Source: Alphaproteobacteria bacterium
GTDB lineage: Bacteria > Pseudomonadota > Alphaproteobacteria > Rhodospirillales > Rhodospirillaceae
Assembly: GCA_015233585.1 (NCBI GenBank)
Contig: JADFXL010000001.1
Coordinates: 1 to 52,301 of the forward strand
Reading direction: 5' to 3'
Length of the DNA: 52,301 nt
In this document: positions 18,156-28,086 of the stretch, piece after piece
How the letters are laid out: every line of letters begins with the position of its first letter
How positions within the stretch are numbered: the first letter of the stretch is position 1
Made by a program: the position numbers and the translations under genes
Notes under the pieces: model-generated
What the model was told of the DNA's origin: nothing
Database searches by the model: none
Seen by the model: the letters and a program-made list of their open reading frames with translations, nothing else

Positions 18156-19511
18156 TTACACCGTAGAAAACGGCTCGTTATTTCGAGCACCAATACCCCG
18201 TATCGAAACACAAAGTCCAGCAGATAAAATCGCAATGTGATACCATATAAAACCACGGAAAATATTTGTACCAGCCATCATACTAATGAGAACAATGATT
18301 AGACTTACCGTTAATCCAAAAATGATAATATACATTTTTTCGTCTCGACGTCGGAGACGAAAAAATGGGGTGCATATTTTCCAGATAAAAAACATGAAGA
18401 TTAGAAATCCCTCGATACCTGTTGACGCAATTACTTCAAGAAAAACGTTAGATCCTTCTACTTTTGCATTCACGTACGTTGATACATCAAAATTAGCGTG
18501 GTTATTCATGTATAAATTTGGACCAACACCACCAAAACCAACACCAACCAGTGGATTTTGCGTAATAAGTTGCAGTGTAGCTTCGATTGCTCTAGTTCGT
18601 GCATCTACTGAGTGAGCTGTTCCACCAAATATTCCGAGACCTTGAGCAAAAAACTGCACCACATAAAAGTGATAAACGGCAATGTATGTAAAAATAGAAA
18701 GTATACTTATGGTGACAAGCATCGAATTTCTTAGTGTTCGGGCATGTACACGCCGACCCGATAAAAATTTAAATAAAATGTAACCTTGGGCTACAACGAA
18801 GATGAATAATATCCCGGCCCAGGCTGTACGAGAGGTGGACAGAACAAGCGTTAACGCACTAAGCAGGAGGGTAAGAGTAATCGTACGTCGAGGAAGAGGC
18901 GAGACGCCGCCAAAAACCCATATCACCATAGAAATAAACCCAAGCAGGCCGTAGGTCGCATACTCGCTCGGTTCGGTTGTAAATCCGTTGATACGAGCCC
19001 ATCTCCCTTCAATCAACCACTGCGTGGTCACTAGCGAAATTCCCTTCAAGCCAGCAACAAATTGTAAAGCAGCAAATGAACTTGTAAAGAGAAAGCTAAG
19101 AATATAGATGCGAAGCAGCCTCATAAATCGGTCCAGCGATCGCCCATAAATTTGCACCACCGCCAAAATCGTTAAACTCGACAATACGGCCCAGAAGAAA
19201 TACCCAATATTACGGACTATCCAAGGAGAATTTGGCAGAAAAACAACCCCGATTCCCAACCAGATCATCAATTCCCGAAAACCAATCGGCACGATGATGC
19301 GGTCCGTGCGTATTGCCTCCAGGCCTGCCACAAAAATAACCAGCATCATGAGCAATTGATGGAAACGAAAATTTAAACCGGCTACATTAACTTGTAGTAT
19401 CATCTCGCAACTGCTTGTCGCCAGAATGATTGCCATCAGGATATCGACCCCGGTCAGCCCCTGGAGCAGTCCGGCCTGTTTGGCCTGTCCAGCGACTTGT
19501 TGGGCACTCAA
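18156..19511 (-). CDS. O-antigen ligase / polymerase-like membrane protein (Wzy_C-type)
   Basis: 451-aa polytopic membrane protein. STSRTAWAGILFIFVV and NPLVGVGFGGVGPN...SNVFLEVIASTGIEGF resemble the Wzy_C (WaaL/Wzy) loop and helix motifs. It is AT-rich and overlaps the upstream gene by 4 nt. Confidence 0.65.
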   Translation of the reverse strand: MSAQQVAGQAKQAGLLQGLTGVDILMAIILATSSCEMILQVNVAGLNFRFHQLLMMLVIFVAGLEAIRTDRIIVPIGFRELMIWLGIGVVFLPNSPWIVRNIGYFFWAVLSSLTILAVVQIYGRSLDRFMRLLRIYILSFLFTSSFAALQFVAGLKGISLVTTQWLIEGRWARINGFTTEPSEYATYGLLGFISMVIWVFGGVSPLPRRTITLTLLLSALTLVLSTSRTAWAGILFIFVVAQGYILFKFLSGRRVHARTLRNSMLVTISILSIFTYIAVYHFYVVQFFAQGLGIFGGTAHSVDARTRAIEATLQLITQNPLVGVGFGGVGPNLYMNNHANFDVSTYVNAKVEGSNVFLEVIASTGIEGFLIFMFFIWKICTPFFRLRRRDEKMYIIIFGLTVSLIIVLISMMAGTNIFRGFIWYHIAILSAGLCVSIRGIGARNNEPFSTV

Positions 19512-20458
19512 CGCAAACCTCTGTGTTTGCGTCGCCCCATGGTTGCAATCATCACGCCAATGATTCCACCGGCTATTATTCCGATGAAAATATTTTTAAT
19601 CGGTGTCGGTGAAAAAGGTTCGATATTGGACTGAGCAGGGTCAAGAACCTGCATCGCGACAGGCCGGTTCGATTCCAATGACATTAATTGTCTTTCTATA
19701 TCCAAACTCAGTGTAATAAGGTTAACACGGTGCTCCGCAAGGGTGACATTTTCAATTTTCTTTGCAAGATAAGATAAATATGCCTGATTATCTTTAATTT
19801 TTTCTTTCCTTATTAATCCGTCAGTGAGTGCCACATAATTTTCAAGCATATTGGTGGCTAATTCTGGCGATCCCGCAGACACGCTAATCGTTACTACATC
19901 ACTTTTTTCTTCGCCTACATACGTTAAGGTGCCGGCAAGAAAATTTTCGACGATCGCAACGGACGGTCTATCATCGATTTTAATACCAAACCATTTCAGA
20001 AATCGAGCTTTCAGCCGATGTGCCAAACCATACGGTTTCGTTCGCACCCAGGTTCCGTCGGGTTGACGTTGCCAGAGTGGGTTGAAAATCACGTCGCTCA
20101 ATTCGGGACGAGACATGATTTCCTGGGCCAGACGCCGCGAATGCAGCAATTGCAACATATGATTGAAGTTTGTTGGCGTATTGGGCCTGAGAAGGCTGGT
20201 CAAGGTCCCCCCCGCAATGTGCGTATTGTCATTGTCCAAAGGGGTGACGCGCATCTCGGCCCTGTAGACCAAAGGCTGATTCGCGGACAGCCAAACGGCC
20301 GTCCCAGTCGACATAATTACCGCAACAAGAACAATTTTCCATCCACGCGCTATACTCGAAAATAATTCCGACAGAGATATCTCATCTGCGCCAAGAACGG
20401 CATCGGAACGGTCCATGACTGGCATTGCCTTCGGGGTAGAGTCCAACTGTGTGTCCAT
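19508..20458 (-). CDS. Wzz-like polysaccharide chain-length determinant (PCP) protein
   Basis: The N-terminus SLSELFSSIARGWKIVLVAVIMSTGTAVWLS...YRAEMRV is the Wzz motif plus TM1. A ~230-aa soluble region follows, then C-terminal TM2 (NIFIGIIAGGIIGVMIATMGRRKH). AT-rich. Confidence 0.6.
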   Translation of the reverse strand: MDTQLDSTPKAMPVMDRSDAVLGADEISLSELFSSIARGWKIVLVAVIMSTGTAVWLSANQPLVYRAEMRVTPLDNDNTHIAGGTLTSLLRPNTPTNFNHMLQLLHSRRLAQEIMSRPELSDVIFNPLWQRQPDGTWVRTKPYGLAHRLKARFLKWFGIKIDDRPSVAIVENFLAGTLTYVGEEKSDVVTISVSAGSPELATNMLENYVALTDGLIRKEKIKDNQAYLSYLAKKIENVTLAEHRVNLITLSLDIERQLMSLESNRPVAMQVLDPAQSNIEPFSPTPIKNIFIGIIAGGIIGVMIATMGRRKHRGLR

Positions 20459-20624
20459 TTTTCATCTCTTGCACCGGCGACGCTGCCATACGTTTTGTGT
20501 TAGTAATGGGTTATGGCTACGTCATCAAGGAGTTTCATGGGACGGAACCTCGTCGGACGAGACTCACTTGCACCCGATGCCGTGAATTTCCTGTCCATCT
20601 GCCCACCCCGAGGAAAGCCGAACC

Positions 20625-21479
20625 ATGGACCATCCTGATTTGTCGCCCCTGCTCCAACGCATTGCGGTAGCCCTGGAACGGCACAGCCCGCCCCCCCCCC
20701 CTCCTAACGATTTGAATGCCGCCGATGCCTTCGTCTGGCAGGCCGAAGGGGACTGGCTCGAACCGGTTCCGGTGATCAATCGGGTCGATATCGCCCTGCT
20801 CAAGGGGATCGACCAGCAACGCGACATTCTCCTCAGCAACACGCGCCGGTTTGCAAGTGGCTTGCCCGCCAACAACGCCCTGCTATGGGGGGCCCGCGGC
20901 ACCGGCAAAAGCTCTCTGGTCAAGGCGGCCCACGCCGCCGTCAACACGAAAACTCCCCGCGCTTTGGTTCTGGTGGAGATTCACCGCGAAGACATCCCGA
21001 CCCTGCCGCGTCTCCTGCGTCTCCTGGCCCAGGGCCAGCGCCGCTGCCTGCTGTTTTGCGACGATCTCTCGTTCGCCGCCACCGATGAAGGCTACAAGTC
21101 GTTGAAGGCGGTGCTGGAAGGTGGCCTCCAGGGACGGCCCGGCAACGTCCTGTTCTATGCCACTTCCAACCGGCGCCACATGATGCCCCGGGAGATGATG
21201 GACAACGAAAGCTCCACCGCCATCAACCCCAACGAAGCGGTGGAGGAGAAAGTCTCGCTCTCCGACCGATTCGGCCTGTGGCTAGGGTTCCACAACATGG
21301 ACCAGACCACGTTTCTTGCCATTGTCGACGGTTATGCGGACGCGTTCGGCCTGAAAACAAGCAAGAGCGACCTCCACGCCCAGGCCATCGAGTGGTCGAT
21401 GACACGCGGCTCGCGCTCAGGCCGCGTGGCATGGCAGTTCATCCAGGATGTGGCGGGGCGTCTGGGGGAAACCTCATGA
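20625..21479 (+). CDS. DUF815-family AAA-type ATP-binding protein
   Basis: Walker A motif LLWGARGTGKSSLVKA, Walker B-like LLFCDDLSF, and YATSNRRHMMPRE. The ~280-aa length and layout fit the DUF815 family common in Alphaproteobacteria. It contains an 11-C homopolymer at 20691-20701. Confidence 0.8.
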   Translation: MDHPDLSPLLQRIAVALERHSPPPPPPNDLNAADAFVWQAEGDWLEPVPVINRVDIALLKGIDQQRDILLSNTRRFASGLPANNALLWGARGTGKSSLVKAAHAAVNTKTPRALVLVEIHREDIPTLPRLLRLLAQGQRRCLLFCDDLSFAATDEGYKSLKAVLEGGLQGRPGNVLFYATSNRRHMMPREMMDNESSTAINPNEAVEEKVSLSDRFGLWLGFHNMDQTTFLAIVDGYADAFGLKTSKSDLHAQAIEWSMTRGSRSGRVAWQFIQDVAGRLGETS

Positions 21480-21548
21480 ATCATTTCCGCCCTGGGTAAG
21501 CGCATTTGAACAGTCCAGATGTTAGCAATGGATTGCCGCCCATACCTG

Positions 21549-21633
21549 CTTGGGGCCTGGAAGCCCCAAGCCCCCCATTAAAACGGATTCCCAAAGGCTA
21601 CTGACCTTTAGCGGGTGTGGGCGGAACCCACAT
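21549..21633. repeat. Family B dispersed element (minus orientation)
   Basis: Hairpin cttggggc-ctggaa-gccccaag at 21549-21570. The reverse complement of 21613-21633 is atgtgggttccgcccacaccc, one mismatch from 50307-50327. The reverse complement of 21571-21598 aligns with gcctttgggaacccttttattaagggggg at 50344-50372. It lies between convergent stops at 21479 and 21637. Confidence 0.65.
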
Positions 21634-21636
21634 TGT

Positions 21637-23247
21637 TCAGATGCGATTGCCCTGCATATCTTCCCCGGCGATGGCGCGGTCGAGCAGGGCGATGGTTTCA
21701 GGAATACCGTACAGGGCGATGAAAGACCCCATGCGCGGCCCCTCGTCCTGGCCAAGCAAAATCTGATAGAGCGCCTTGAACCAGGATTTAAGGTCGGGAA
21801 AACCGGGGTGCCGCTTGCCGATTTCAAAAACCTGGGTCTGAAGATCCTCGCCCGAAGCACCGGCCGGCATGGTCGCCAGGGCCTCCCGCATATCGCGCAA
21901 AGCGGCGACTTCGTCGGATGTCGCCAGACGGTAATGCTTGGCCGGTTCGACGAAATCCCGGTAATAGGCAATGGCATGGCCCACCAGCCGGCCCAGCATG
22001 GGCGCGGTATCGGGTCCGGCCCCCGGCACATAGCGGCTGATATAGGCCCATAGCACGGCCGCATCCGAAGCGTGACAAACGCCGACCAGATTGAGAAGCA
22101 TATTGAAACCGAGCGGCGTTTTCTGGGACGGAGGGTGGCCGCCATGAATATGCCAGACCGGATTGTTCAGTCGTTCTTTACCGTCCTGTTCCGAGAATTT
22201 CTCGCACAAGGCGAGATAATCGTCCACGGCGCGGGGGATGACATCGAAATGCAGACGCTTGGCCGCCTTGGGCTTTTGAAACATGTACAGCGCCAGAGAC
22301 TCGGACGGTGCATAGGTAAGCCAGTCCTCGACCGAGAGGCCGTTCCCTTTCGACTTGGAAATCTTCTGACTCTTGTCGTCGAGAAACAGTTCATAGGTCA
22401 GGGAGGTGGGGGGAGCTGCGCCGAGAATACGGCAGATGCGGCTCGATAACTTGACCGACTCGATAAGATCCTTGCCGGACATTTCGTAATCGACGCCCAG
22501 AGCGTACCAGCGCATCCCCCAGTCGGCCTTCCATTGCAGTTTGCAATGGCCGCCGGTTACCGGCACCTCAACCTTGGCGCCGTCCTCATCGACATAGACC
22601 ACGGTACCAGCCGCAACATCGCGGTGAACAATCGGCACCTGCAACACCCGTCCAGAGCGCGGGCACACGGGCAGGAACGGCGAATAGGTAGCCTGGCGTT
22701 CCGGCCCCAGGGTCGGCAGCACCACCGCCAGCACCTCGTCATAACATGCCAGCACCCGGCGTAGCGCGTCATCGAATCGGCCGGAACGGTAACACTCGGT
22801 GGCACTCAGGAACTCGTACTCGAATCCGAACGCATCCAGAAACGACCGCAAACGGGCATTGTTGTGATGGCCAAAGCTTTCATGGGTACCGAACGGATCG
22901 GGAATGGCCGTCAACGGCTTACCCAGATGAGCGGACACCATATCTTTATTGGGAATATTGTCCGGCACCTTGCGCAGGCCGTCCATATCGTCGGAAAACG
23001 CGAACAGGCGGCTCGGGATATGCGGCGCCAGAACGCGAAAGGCGTTACGCACCATAGTGGTACGCACCACCTCGCCAAACGTGCCGATGTGAGGCAGGCC
23101 GGAAGGCCCGTACCCGGTCTCGAACAGGACGTGGCCTTTGGCGGGAGGCTGACCCTTCAGGCACTCGTCCAGAAGTAGACGGGCTTCCTGGAATGGCCAT
23201 GCGCTGGCCTCCCTGGCCAGGGCCTTTATTGCAATTTCATCACTCAT
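21637..23247 (-). CDS. lysK: Lysine--tRNA ligase, class I
   Basis: Class I signature HIGTFGEV (HIGH-like) and KISKSKGNG (KMSKS). The ~535-aa length is typical of alphaproteobacterial class I LysRS. The ORF begins at TTG 23283; the first ATG is 23247 ([10 protein letters not shown]). Confidence 0.88.
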   Translation of the reverse strand: MSDEIAIKALAREASAWPFQEARLLLDECLKGQPPAKGHVLFETGYGPSGLPHIGTFGEVVRTTMVRNAFRVLAPHIPSRLFAFSDDMDGLRKVPDNIPNKDMVSAHLGKPLTAIPDPFGTHESFGHHNNARLRSFLDAFGFEYEFLSATECYRSGRFDDALRRVLACYDEVLAVVLPTLGPERQATYSPFLPVCPRSGRVLQVPIVHRDVAAGTVVYVDEDGAKVEVPVTGGHCKLQWKADWGMRWYALGVDYEMSGKDLIESVKLSSRICRILGAAPPTSLTYELFLDDKSQKISKSKGNGLSVEDWLTYAPSESLALYMFQKPKAAKRLHFDVIPRAVDDYLALCEKFSEQDGKERLNNPVWHIHGGHPPSQKTPLGFNMLLNLVGVCHASDAAVLWAYISRYVPGAGPDTAPMLGRLVGHAIAYYRDFVEPAKHYRLATSDEVAALRDMREALATMPAGASGEDLQTQVFEIGKRHPGFPDLKSWFKALYQILLGQDEGPRMGSFIALYGIPETIALLDRAIAGEDMQGNRI

Positions 23248-23411
23248 GATGGCCAAAGTAGGGGGATACGTCCGAGCCGTCAACCACGCAGTCCTACGAT
23301 GGAAAAATCAAGAATGAGCCGATTTCAAACAGAGGCGCGACCGACCGAAGTTGCGTGTCAACGCATGTCAGTGCATTGTTGGTGCCTTCGCGGAAAGCAA
23401 GGGGGAAGATC

Positions 23412-24344
23412 ATGAGAATTGCGATCTATGGAACGGGTGGAGTCGGTGGGTATTACGGCGCCCGGTTGGCTCAGGCGGGGGAAGAGGTCCACTTCATCGC
23501 TCGCGGCACCCATCTGGAAGCCATCCGAAACCTTGGACTGCGGCTCAAAAGCAAAAACGGCGATATCCACATCAACCCCGCCAACGCCACCGATGACCCA
23601 TCAACGATCGGACCGGTCGACGTGGTAATGGTGACGGTGAAGCTTTACGACGCCGAGAGCGCGGCCACCTCCTGCAAGGCTCTGTTGGGACCAGACACCG
23701 CCGTCATTCCGTTTCAGAACGGTGTCACCGCCGTGGAAACCTTCGTACAGGCGGTGGGGAAAGAGAACGTACTTGGCGGTGCCACCTACATGATTTCGGA
23801 AATCGCCGAACCGGGCATGATCGTCCACAAGGGGACTAACGCCCGCCTGATCTTCGGAGAACTCGATGGACACCCAAGCCCGCGTGCAACGGCTTTCAAG
23901 GCCGCCTGCGACCGCGCCGGCATCGATGCTGTCCTGAGCGATCGCATCGAAGCGGAAATCTGGACCAAATTTTCCTTCCTGGCTGCGTTCAGCGGCATGA
24001 CCGCTCTGACCCGCAAGACGATCGGACCGATTCGCTCCGACCCTGACACCCGCGCCCTGTTCCGCGCTGCGGTGGAGGAAGTCTGCGCCGTCGCCAAGGC
24101 CAAGGGCGTGGCTCTTCGGGACGACCAGGTTGACCGAAACATGAAACAGGCCGACAGTCTGATGGAAGGAATGGCGTCCTCCATGTTCCATGACCTCAAT
24201 CGTGGCAAGCGGCTGGAACTGCCCTGGCTGTCCGGGGCGGTGGTCCGGCTGGGACGGGAAACGGGGGTAGCGACTCCCACCCACGACATGATTTATGCGG
24301 CCCTGAAGCTCCATGCGAGCGGCACGGCCCTCACGGACGGCTGA
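23412..24344 (+). CDS. panE: 2-dehydropantoate 2-reductase family protein (ApbA/PanE)
   Basis: MRIAIYGTGGVGGYYGARLAQAG is a Rossmann N-terminus. The length is ~310 aa, with EIWTKFSFLAAFSGMTAL and SSMFHDLNRGKRLELPWLSG in the C-terminal domain. ATG 23412 is preferred over ORF start 23355. Confidence 0.75.
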   Translation: MRIAIYGTGGVGGYYGARLAQAGEEVHFIARGTHLEAIRNLGLRLKSKNGDIHINPANATDDPSTIGPVDVVMVTVKLYDAESAATSCKALLGPDTAVIPFQNGVTAVETFVQAVGKENVLGGATYMISEIAEPGMIVHKGTNARLIFGELDGHPSPRATAFKAACDRAGIDAVLSDRIEAEIWTKFSFLAAFSGMTALTRKTIGPIRSDPDTRALFRAAVEEVCAVAKAKGVALRDDQVDRNMKQADSLMEGMASSMFHDLNRGKRLELPWLSGAVVRLGRETGVATPTHDMIYAALKLHASGTALTDG

Positions 24345-24352
24345 AAACGAAC

Positions 24353-27300
24353 GTGGTGGAAAGCTCCATGAACAGCGATCCGACAGAAAACGACAGCGGC
24401 GTATTTCAGAAATACACGCCGTGGAAAGGGCTGCTGGCCATCATTGCGCTCACGGTCCTATCCGAATTTGTAATCCATCTTGCCGCAGAAAGACTTGTGG
24501 CAAACGGCCCCGTGATCGAGGCGTTCGCCGATGCGGCTGCGCTTGGTGTCGTTGTCTTCGGCATTTGCTATTTCTTCGTCGTGCGGCCGCTGGTACTCAT
24601 GACCCAATCGTTCCGCCAAAACGAGCGGCGATTATACAATTATGCCCGCACGGCCTCCGACTGGTTCTGGGGCCTGGGGCCGGATCTGCGATTTACCTAC
24701 CTGTCGGACACGTTTGAGGCCGCCACGGGCCGCAGCCGGGACACGGTTTTGGGGAAAACGTGGGCCGAGATCGGCGTGACGGTCGAGAAAGGATTATTTG
24801 AAAGTTTTCTCGCCGACGTGAGGAACCACAAACCCTTCCGCAACTTTGAACATGTTTGGCGGGAGACATCAGGCGACTCGCAATGGTTCAGCGTCACGGG
24901 CCAACCGCTGTTCTCCGAGGATGGAGCCTTCACCGGCTATTTCGGTACCGGCAACGACATTACCCTGGATCGCTATGCCGAACGGGAGCTGAAGAGCAGC
25001 AAGTCGCTGGTCGATGGCATCCTGCGCACCTCGCTGGACGGGTTCATGGTTCTGAGCGCCGTGCATAACCACCGGGGCAACATCGTCGATTTTCGTTTCG
25101 TTCACGCCAACAACAAGGCCGGAGAGATTGTCGGCCGCAATCGGCAGGACCTGCTCGGCAAACTGTTCCGGCGCGAAATCCCCCGGATGGACGAAGGCGG
25201 ACTGCTCGACCACGCCATCGCCACCACCGAGACCGGGAGGCCGTTCGACATTGAACGATTTTTCGACCATGAAAACGTCAAGGGCTGGTTCCGCATCATT
25301 GGGGTCAAGCTCGACGATGGCGTGGTCGTCACTTTTTCCGATATCACCTCACTCAAAATGGCTGAGAAGAGTCTGCTCGACGCCATCGAAAGCATTCCCG
25401 AAGGTTTCGTGCTGTGGGACACGAATGGGCGGCTGATCGTTTGCAACAGTAACTTCCGCGAGTTCTATTCCGCTATCGGCGACGCCATCCGTCCGGGAGA
25501 ATCGTTCGAGACCCTGATGCGCACGGCAGCGGAACGCGGCCATCTGGTCATGTCGGGTTCGGTGGATGCGTGGCTGGCCGAGCGGGTCGCTACGTTCCGC
25601 AGCCCGACCGGCCCCCATGAACAGCAACTGAAAAATGGGCGCTGGCTGAAGGTGAACAACCACCACACAACCGATGGCCGCACCGTCAGCATTCATTCGG
25701 ACATCACCGGCCTTAAACATCGGGAACAAGCCTTGGTGGAAAGCCAGGCCCGTCTGGAAGAGGCACAACGAATCGGCCACCTGGGATGGTGGAGCCTGGA
25801 TGTGGACGATGAGGCATTGCAGTGTTCCAACGAGGTCTACCACATCCTGGGCGTTGACCCCACCGAAGTCAGGCCGACCTTCGACACCATGATCGACGCC
25901 GTTCATCCCAACGACCGCGATCGTTTTCGCGGAGCCATCCGGGCTGCGCTCACCCACCAGCAACCCCTTAACCTTGAGCACCGCATTCTGCGTCCCAATG
26001 GCACTCAGCGTGTCGTCCAGGTCAAGGGAGAGGCGCGCAATGATGCCATGGGCGGAGGTATGGTGCGGGTAATCGCCACCGTACTCGATATCACCGAACG
26101 CAAGGCCATCGAGGAAGAACTGCGCCGCAGCGAAGAACGCTACACCCTGGCGGTGACCGGCTCGAACGAGGGTATCTGGGACTGGGACATGACGAACGAC
26201 AAATTCTATATGTCACCCCGCTTCAAGGAAATTCTCGGCTTTGACCCTACCGACCTTGATTTCAGCCGCGACGAACTGACGGCGCGAATCGATCCCCCGC
26301 ACATGGAAAAATACACCTCCCGCCTCAACAATCATTTGTCGGGCGACGAACCCTTTTTTTCCTGCGAATACCGGATCAAAGGCAAAAACGGTGAGCCCCT
26401 CTGGATTCTGGAACGCGGTCTGGCCATTCGCGATGAAACTGGCCGTCCTTGTCGCATGGCGGGATCCATCACCGACGTGTCGGAACGCCGCGCCGCCGAA
26501 GACCGGCTGATGCATACCCAAAAAATGGAAGCACTGGGCCAGTTGGCGGGCGGCGTGGCGCACGAATTCAACAATCTGCTGACAGGGATCAGCGGTTTTG
26601 CCCGCATGGCACAGAAGAAGCCCAATGACGTGGAACGGGTCAAGAACTGCCTGGAGGAAGTGATCGCCTCGGCCGATCGCTCTGCCGAAATTACCCGCCA
26701 GCTCCTGCGTTTCAGCCGCCGCGAAGATGCCAATCCCCAGGTGGTCTACCCCAGCACCGTCATCACCGGCATGAAAAAGATGCTGGAGCCCCTGCTTGGT
26801 CCCAAGGTCGCCCTGAAGATCGTCAACGACAATCCGGGAGCCTGTTGCCGGATTGATCCCGGCCAACTCTCTCAGGTCGTCATGAATTTGGCAGTGAACG
26901 GCCGCGACGCCATGCCAAACGGCGGCCCCCTGATCATCGGCAGCAAAGTTGTCGATGTGAATCGCGAACGCGATCAGAGCGCTGGCAACACCCCCAACGG
27001 CACCTACCTGTGCGTCTATGTTCAGGACCATGGCACCGGGATCGAGGAAAAAGTTCTGAAGCGCATCTTCGAGCCGTTCTACTCGACCAAGGAACAGGGC
27101 AAGGGCACCGGCCTTGGACTGTCCATCACTTATGGCATCGTCAACGGGGCGGGCGGATTCATCGATATCGCCAGCACGGTTGGCGAGGGAACCACGTTCT
27201 CCATCTATTTCCCGCTGGCGACCAGCGACGAAACGACGGTGGACACCGTGAAGAATGTCACTCAGACCCTGCCCGGCCGGGGCGAGGTCATTCTGCTGGT

Positions 27301-27646
27301 CGATGACGAGCGGGCCGTACGTGGCTGGGTCGAGGCCGTGCTGATCGAGCTTGGTTATAAAGTCCTCACCGCCATCAATGGGGTTGACGGCATGGCAAAG
27401 CAAAAAGCCTACAAGGATGCCATTGATCTCCTGTTGACCGACGTTATCATGCCTGAAATGGGAGGGGTGGAACTGGCGCAGCGATTCTTTGAAGTCCGCC
27501 CCGAGACGAAAGTGATTTTCATGTCAGGCTATACCAACCGCGATACCGAGCGCGCCGCCCCGGAAATCCCCGCCGACGCGCTGTTGCTCAAACCCTTCAC
27601 GCAGGAGAAACTCGCCGCCTTTGTGCGGAATACACTGGATGCGTGA
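24353..27646 (+). CDS. Hybrid sensor histidine kinase (TM, multiple PAS, HisKA, HATPase, receiver)
   Basis: Two N-terminal TM segments and several PAS-like repeats (e.g. WFWGLGPDLRFTYLSD, GIWDWDMTNDKFYMSPRFKEILG). H-box AHEFNNLLTGISGF and G-box GTGLGLSITYG. C-terminal REC domain (ILLVDDERAV...LLLTDVIMPEMGG...LLKPF). The start is GTG 24353 or ATG 24368. Confidence 0.85.
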   Translation: MVESSMNSDPTENDSGVFQKYTPWKGLLAIIALTVLSEFVIHLAAERLVANGPVIEAFADAAALGVVVFGICYFFVVRPLVLMTQSFRQNERRLYNYARTASDWFWGLGPDLRFTYLSDTFEAATGRSRDTVLGKTWAEIGVTVEKGLFESFLADVRNHKPFRNFEHVWRETSGDSQWFSVTGQPLFSEDGAFTGYFGTGNDITLDRYAERELKSSKSLVDGILRTSLDGFMVLSAVHNHRGNIVDFRFVHANNKAGEIVGRNRQDLLGKLFRREIPRMDEGGLLDHAIATTETGRPFDIERFFDHENVKGWFRIIGVKLDDGVVVTFSDITSLKMAEKSLLDAIESIPEGFVLWDTNGRLIVCNSNFREFYSAIGDAIRPGESFETLMRTAAERGHLVMSGSVDAWLAERVATFRSPTGPHEQQLKNGRWLKVNNHHTTDGRTVSIHSDITGLKHREQALVESQARLEEAQRIGHLGWWSLDVDDEALQCSNEVYHILGVDPTEVRPTFDTMIDAVHPNDRDRFRGAIRAALTHQQPLNLEHRILRPNGTQRVVQVKGEARNDAMGGGMVRVIATVLDITERKAIEEELRRSEERYTLAVTGSNEGIWDWDMTNDKFYMSPRFKEILGFDPTDLDFSRDELTARIDPPHMEKYTSRLNNHLSGDEPFFSCEYRIKGKNGEPLWILERGLAIRDETGRPCRMAGSITDVSERRAAEDRLMHTQKMEALGQLAGGVAHEFNNLLTGISGFARMAQKKPNDVERVKNCLEEVIASADRSAEITRQLLRFSRREDANPQVVYPSTVITGMKKMLEPLLGPKVALKIVNDNPGACCRIDPGQLSQVVMNLAVNGRDAMPNGGPLIIGSKVVDVNRERDQSAGNTPNGTYLCVYVQDHGTGIEEKVLKRIFEPFYSTKEQGKGTGLGLSITYGIVNGAGGFIDIASTVGEGTTFSIYFPLATSDETTVDTVKNVTQTLPGRGEVILLVDDERAVRGWVEAVLIELGYKVLTAINGVDGMAKQKAYKDAIDLLLTDVIMPEMGGVELAQRFFEVRPETKVIFMSGYTNRDTERAAPEIPADALLLKPFTQEKLAAFVRNTLDA

Positions 27647-27678
27647 GAACGATTGAATAACTTCTTGAGGGAACGGCC

Positions 27679-28086
27679 ATGGCCAGAACGATCGCAGAAA
27701 TATCCGTAATGGTCATCGACGACAATCGCCAGGCCATAAGACTGATTTCCATGATGCTTGATGACATGGGTGTCGGCAAGGTCTCCACGGCCAATGATGC
27801 CAAGACCGGGTGGGAAGCCATTACAACCGCCCGCCCCCCCTTCGACGTGGTCGTCTGCGACTGGAACATGCCGGAAATGACGGGCATTGAACTGCTCAAG
27901 AAATTGCGGTCGGCGGGAAACAATATCCCCTTCATCATGATTACCGGCCGGGATACGATCGAATCGACGATCACCGCCGCAAACGCCGGGGTGTCGTTTT
28001 ACATGCCCAAACCGTTTGGGCCGGACAAGCTCGAACAAAAGATCCTCCAGGCCACCGGGGCCGTCCCCGTCGTCGACAAGGCATAA
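27679..28086 (+). CDS. Single-domain CheY-like response regulator
   Basis: 135 aa with VMVIDDN, VVVCDWNMPEMTG and YMPKPF. GAGGGAA lies 5 nt upstream of the ATG. Confidence 0.85.
   Translation: MARTIAEISVMVIDDNRQAIRLISMMLDDMGVGKVSTANDAKTGWEAITTARPPFDVVVCDWNMPEMTGIELLKKLRSAGNNIPFIMITGRDTIESTITAANAGVSFYMPKPFGPDKLEQKILQATGAVPVVDKA

Noticed and set aside
19666-19676. tRNA T-loop-like string GGTTCGATTCC
   Set aside because: The flanking bases cannot form a T-stem (gccgg versus ccaat), and no acceptor or anticodon arms are present. The string lies inside the wzz-like CDS.
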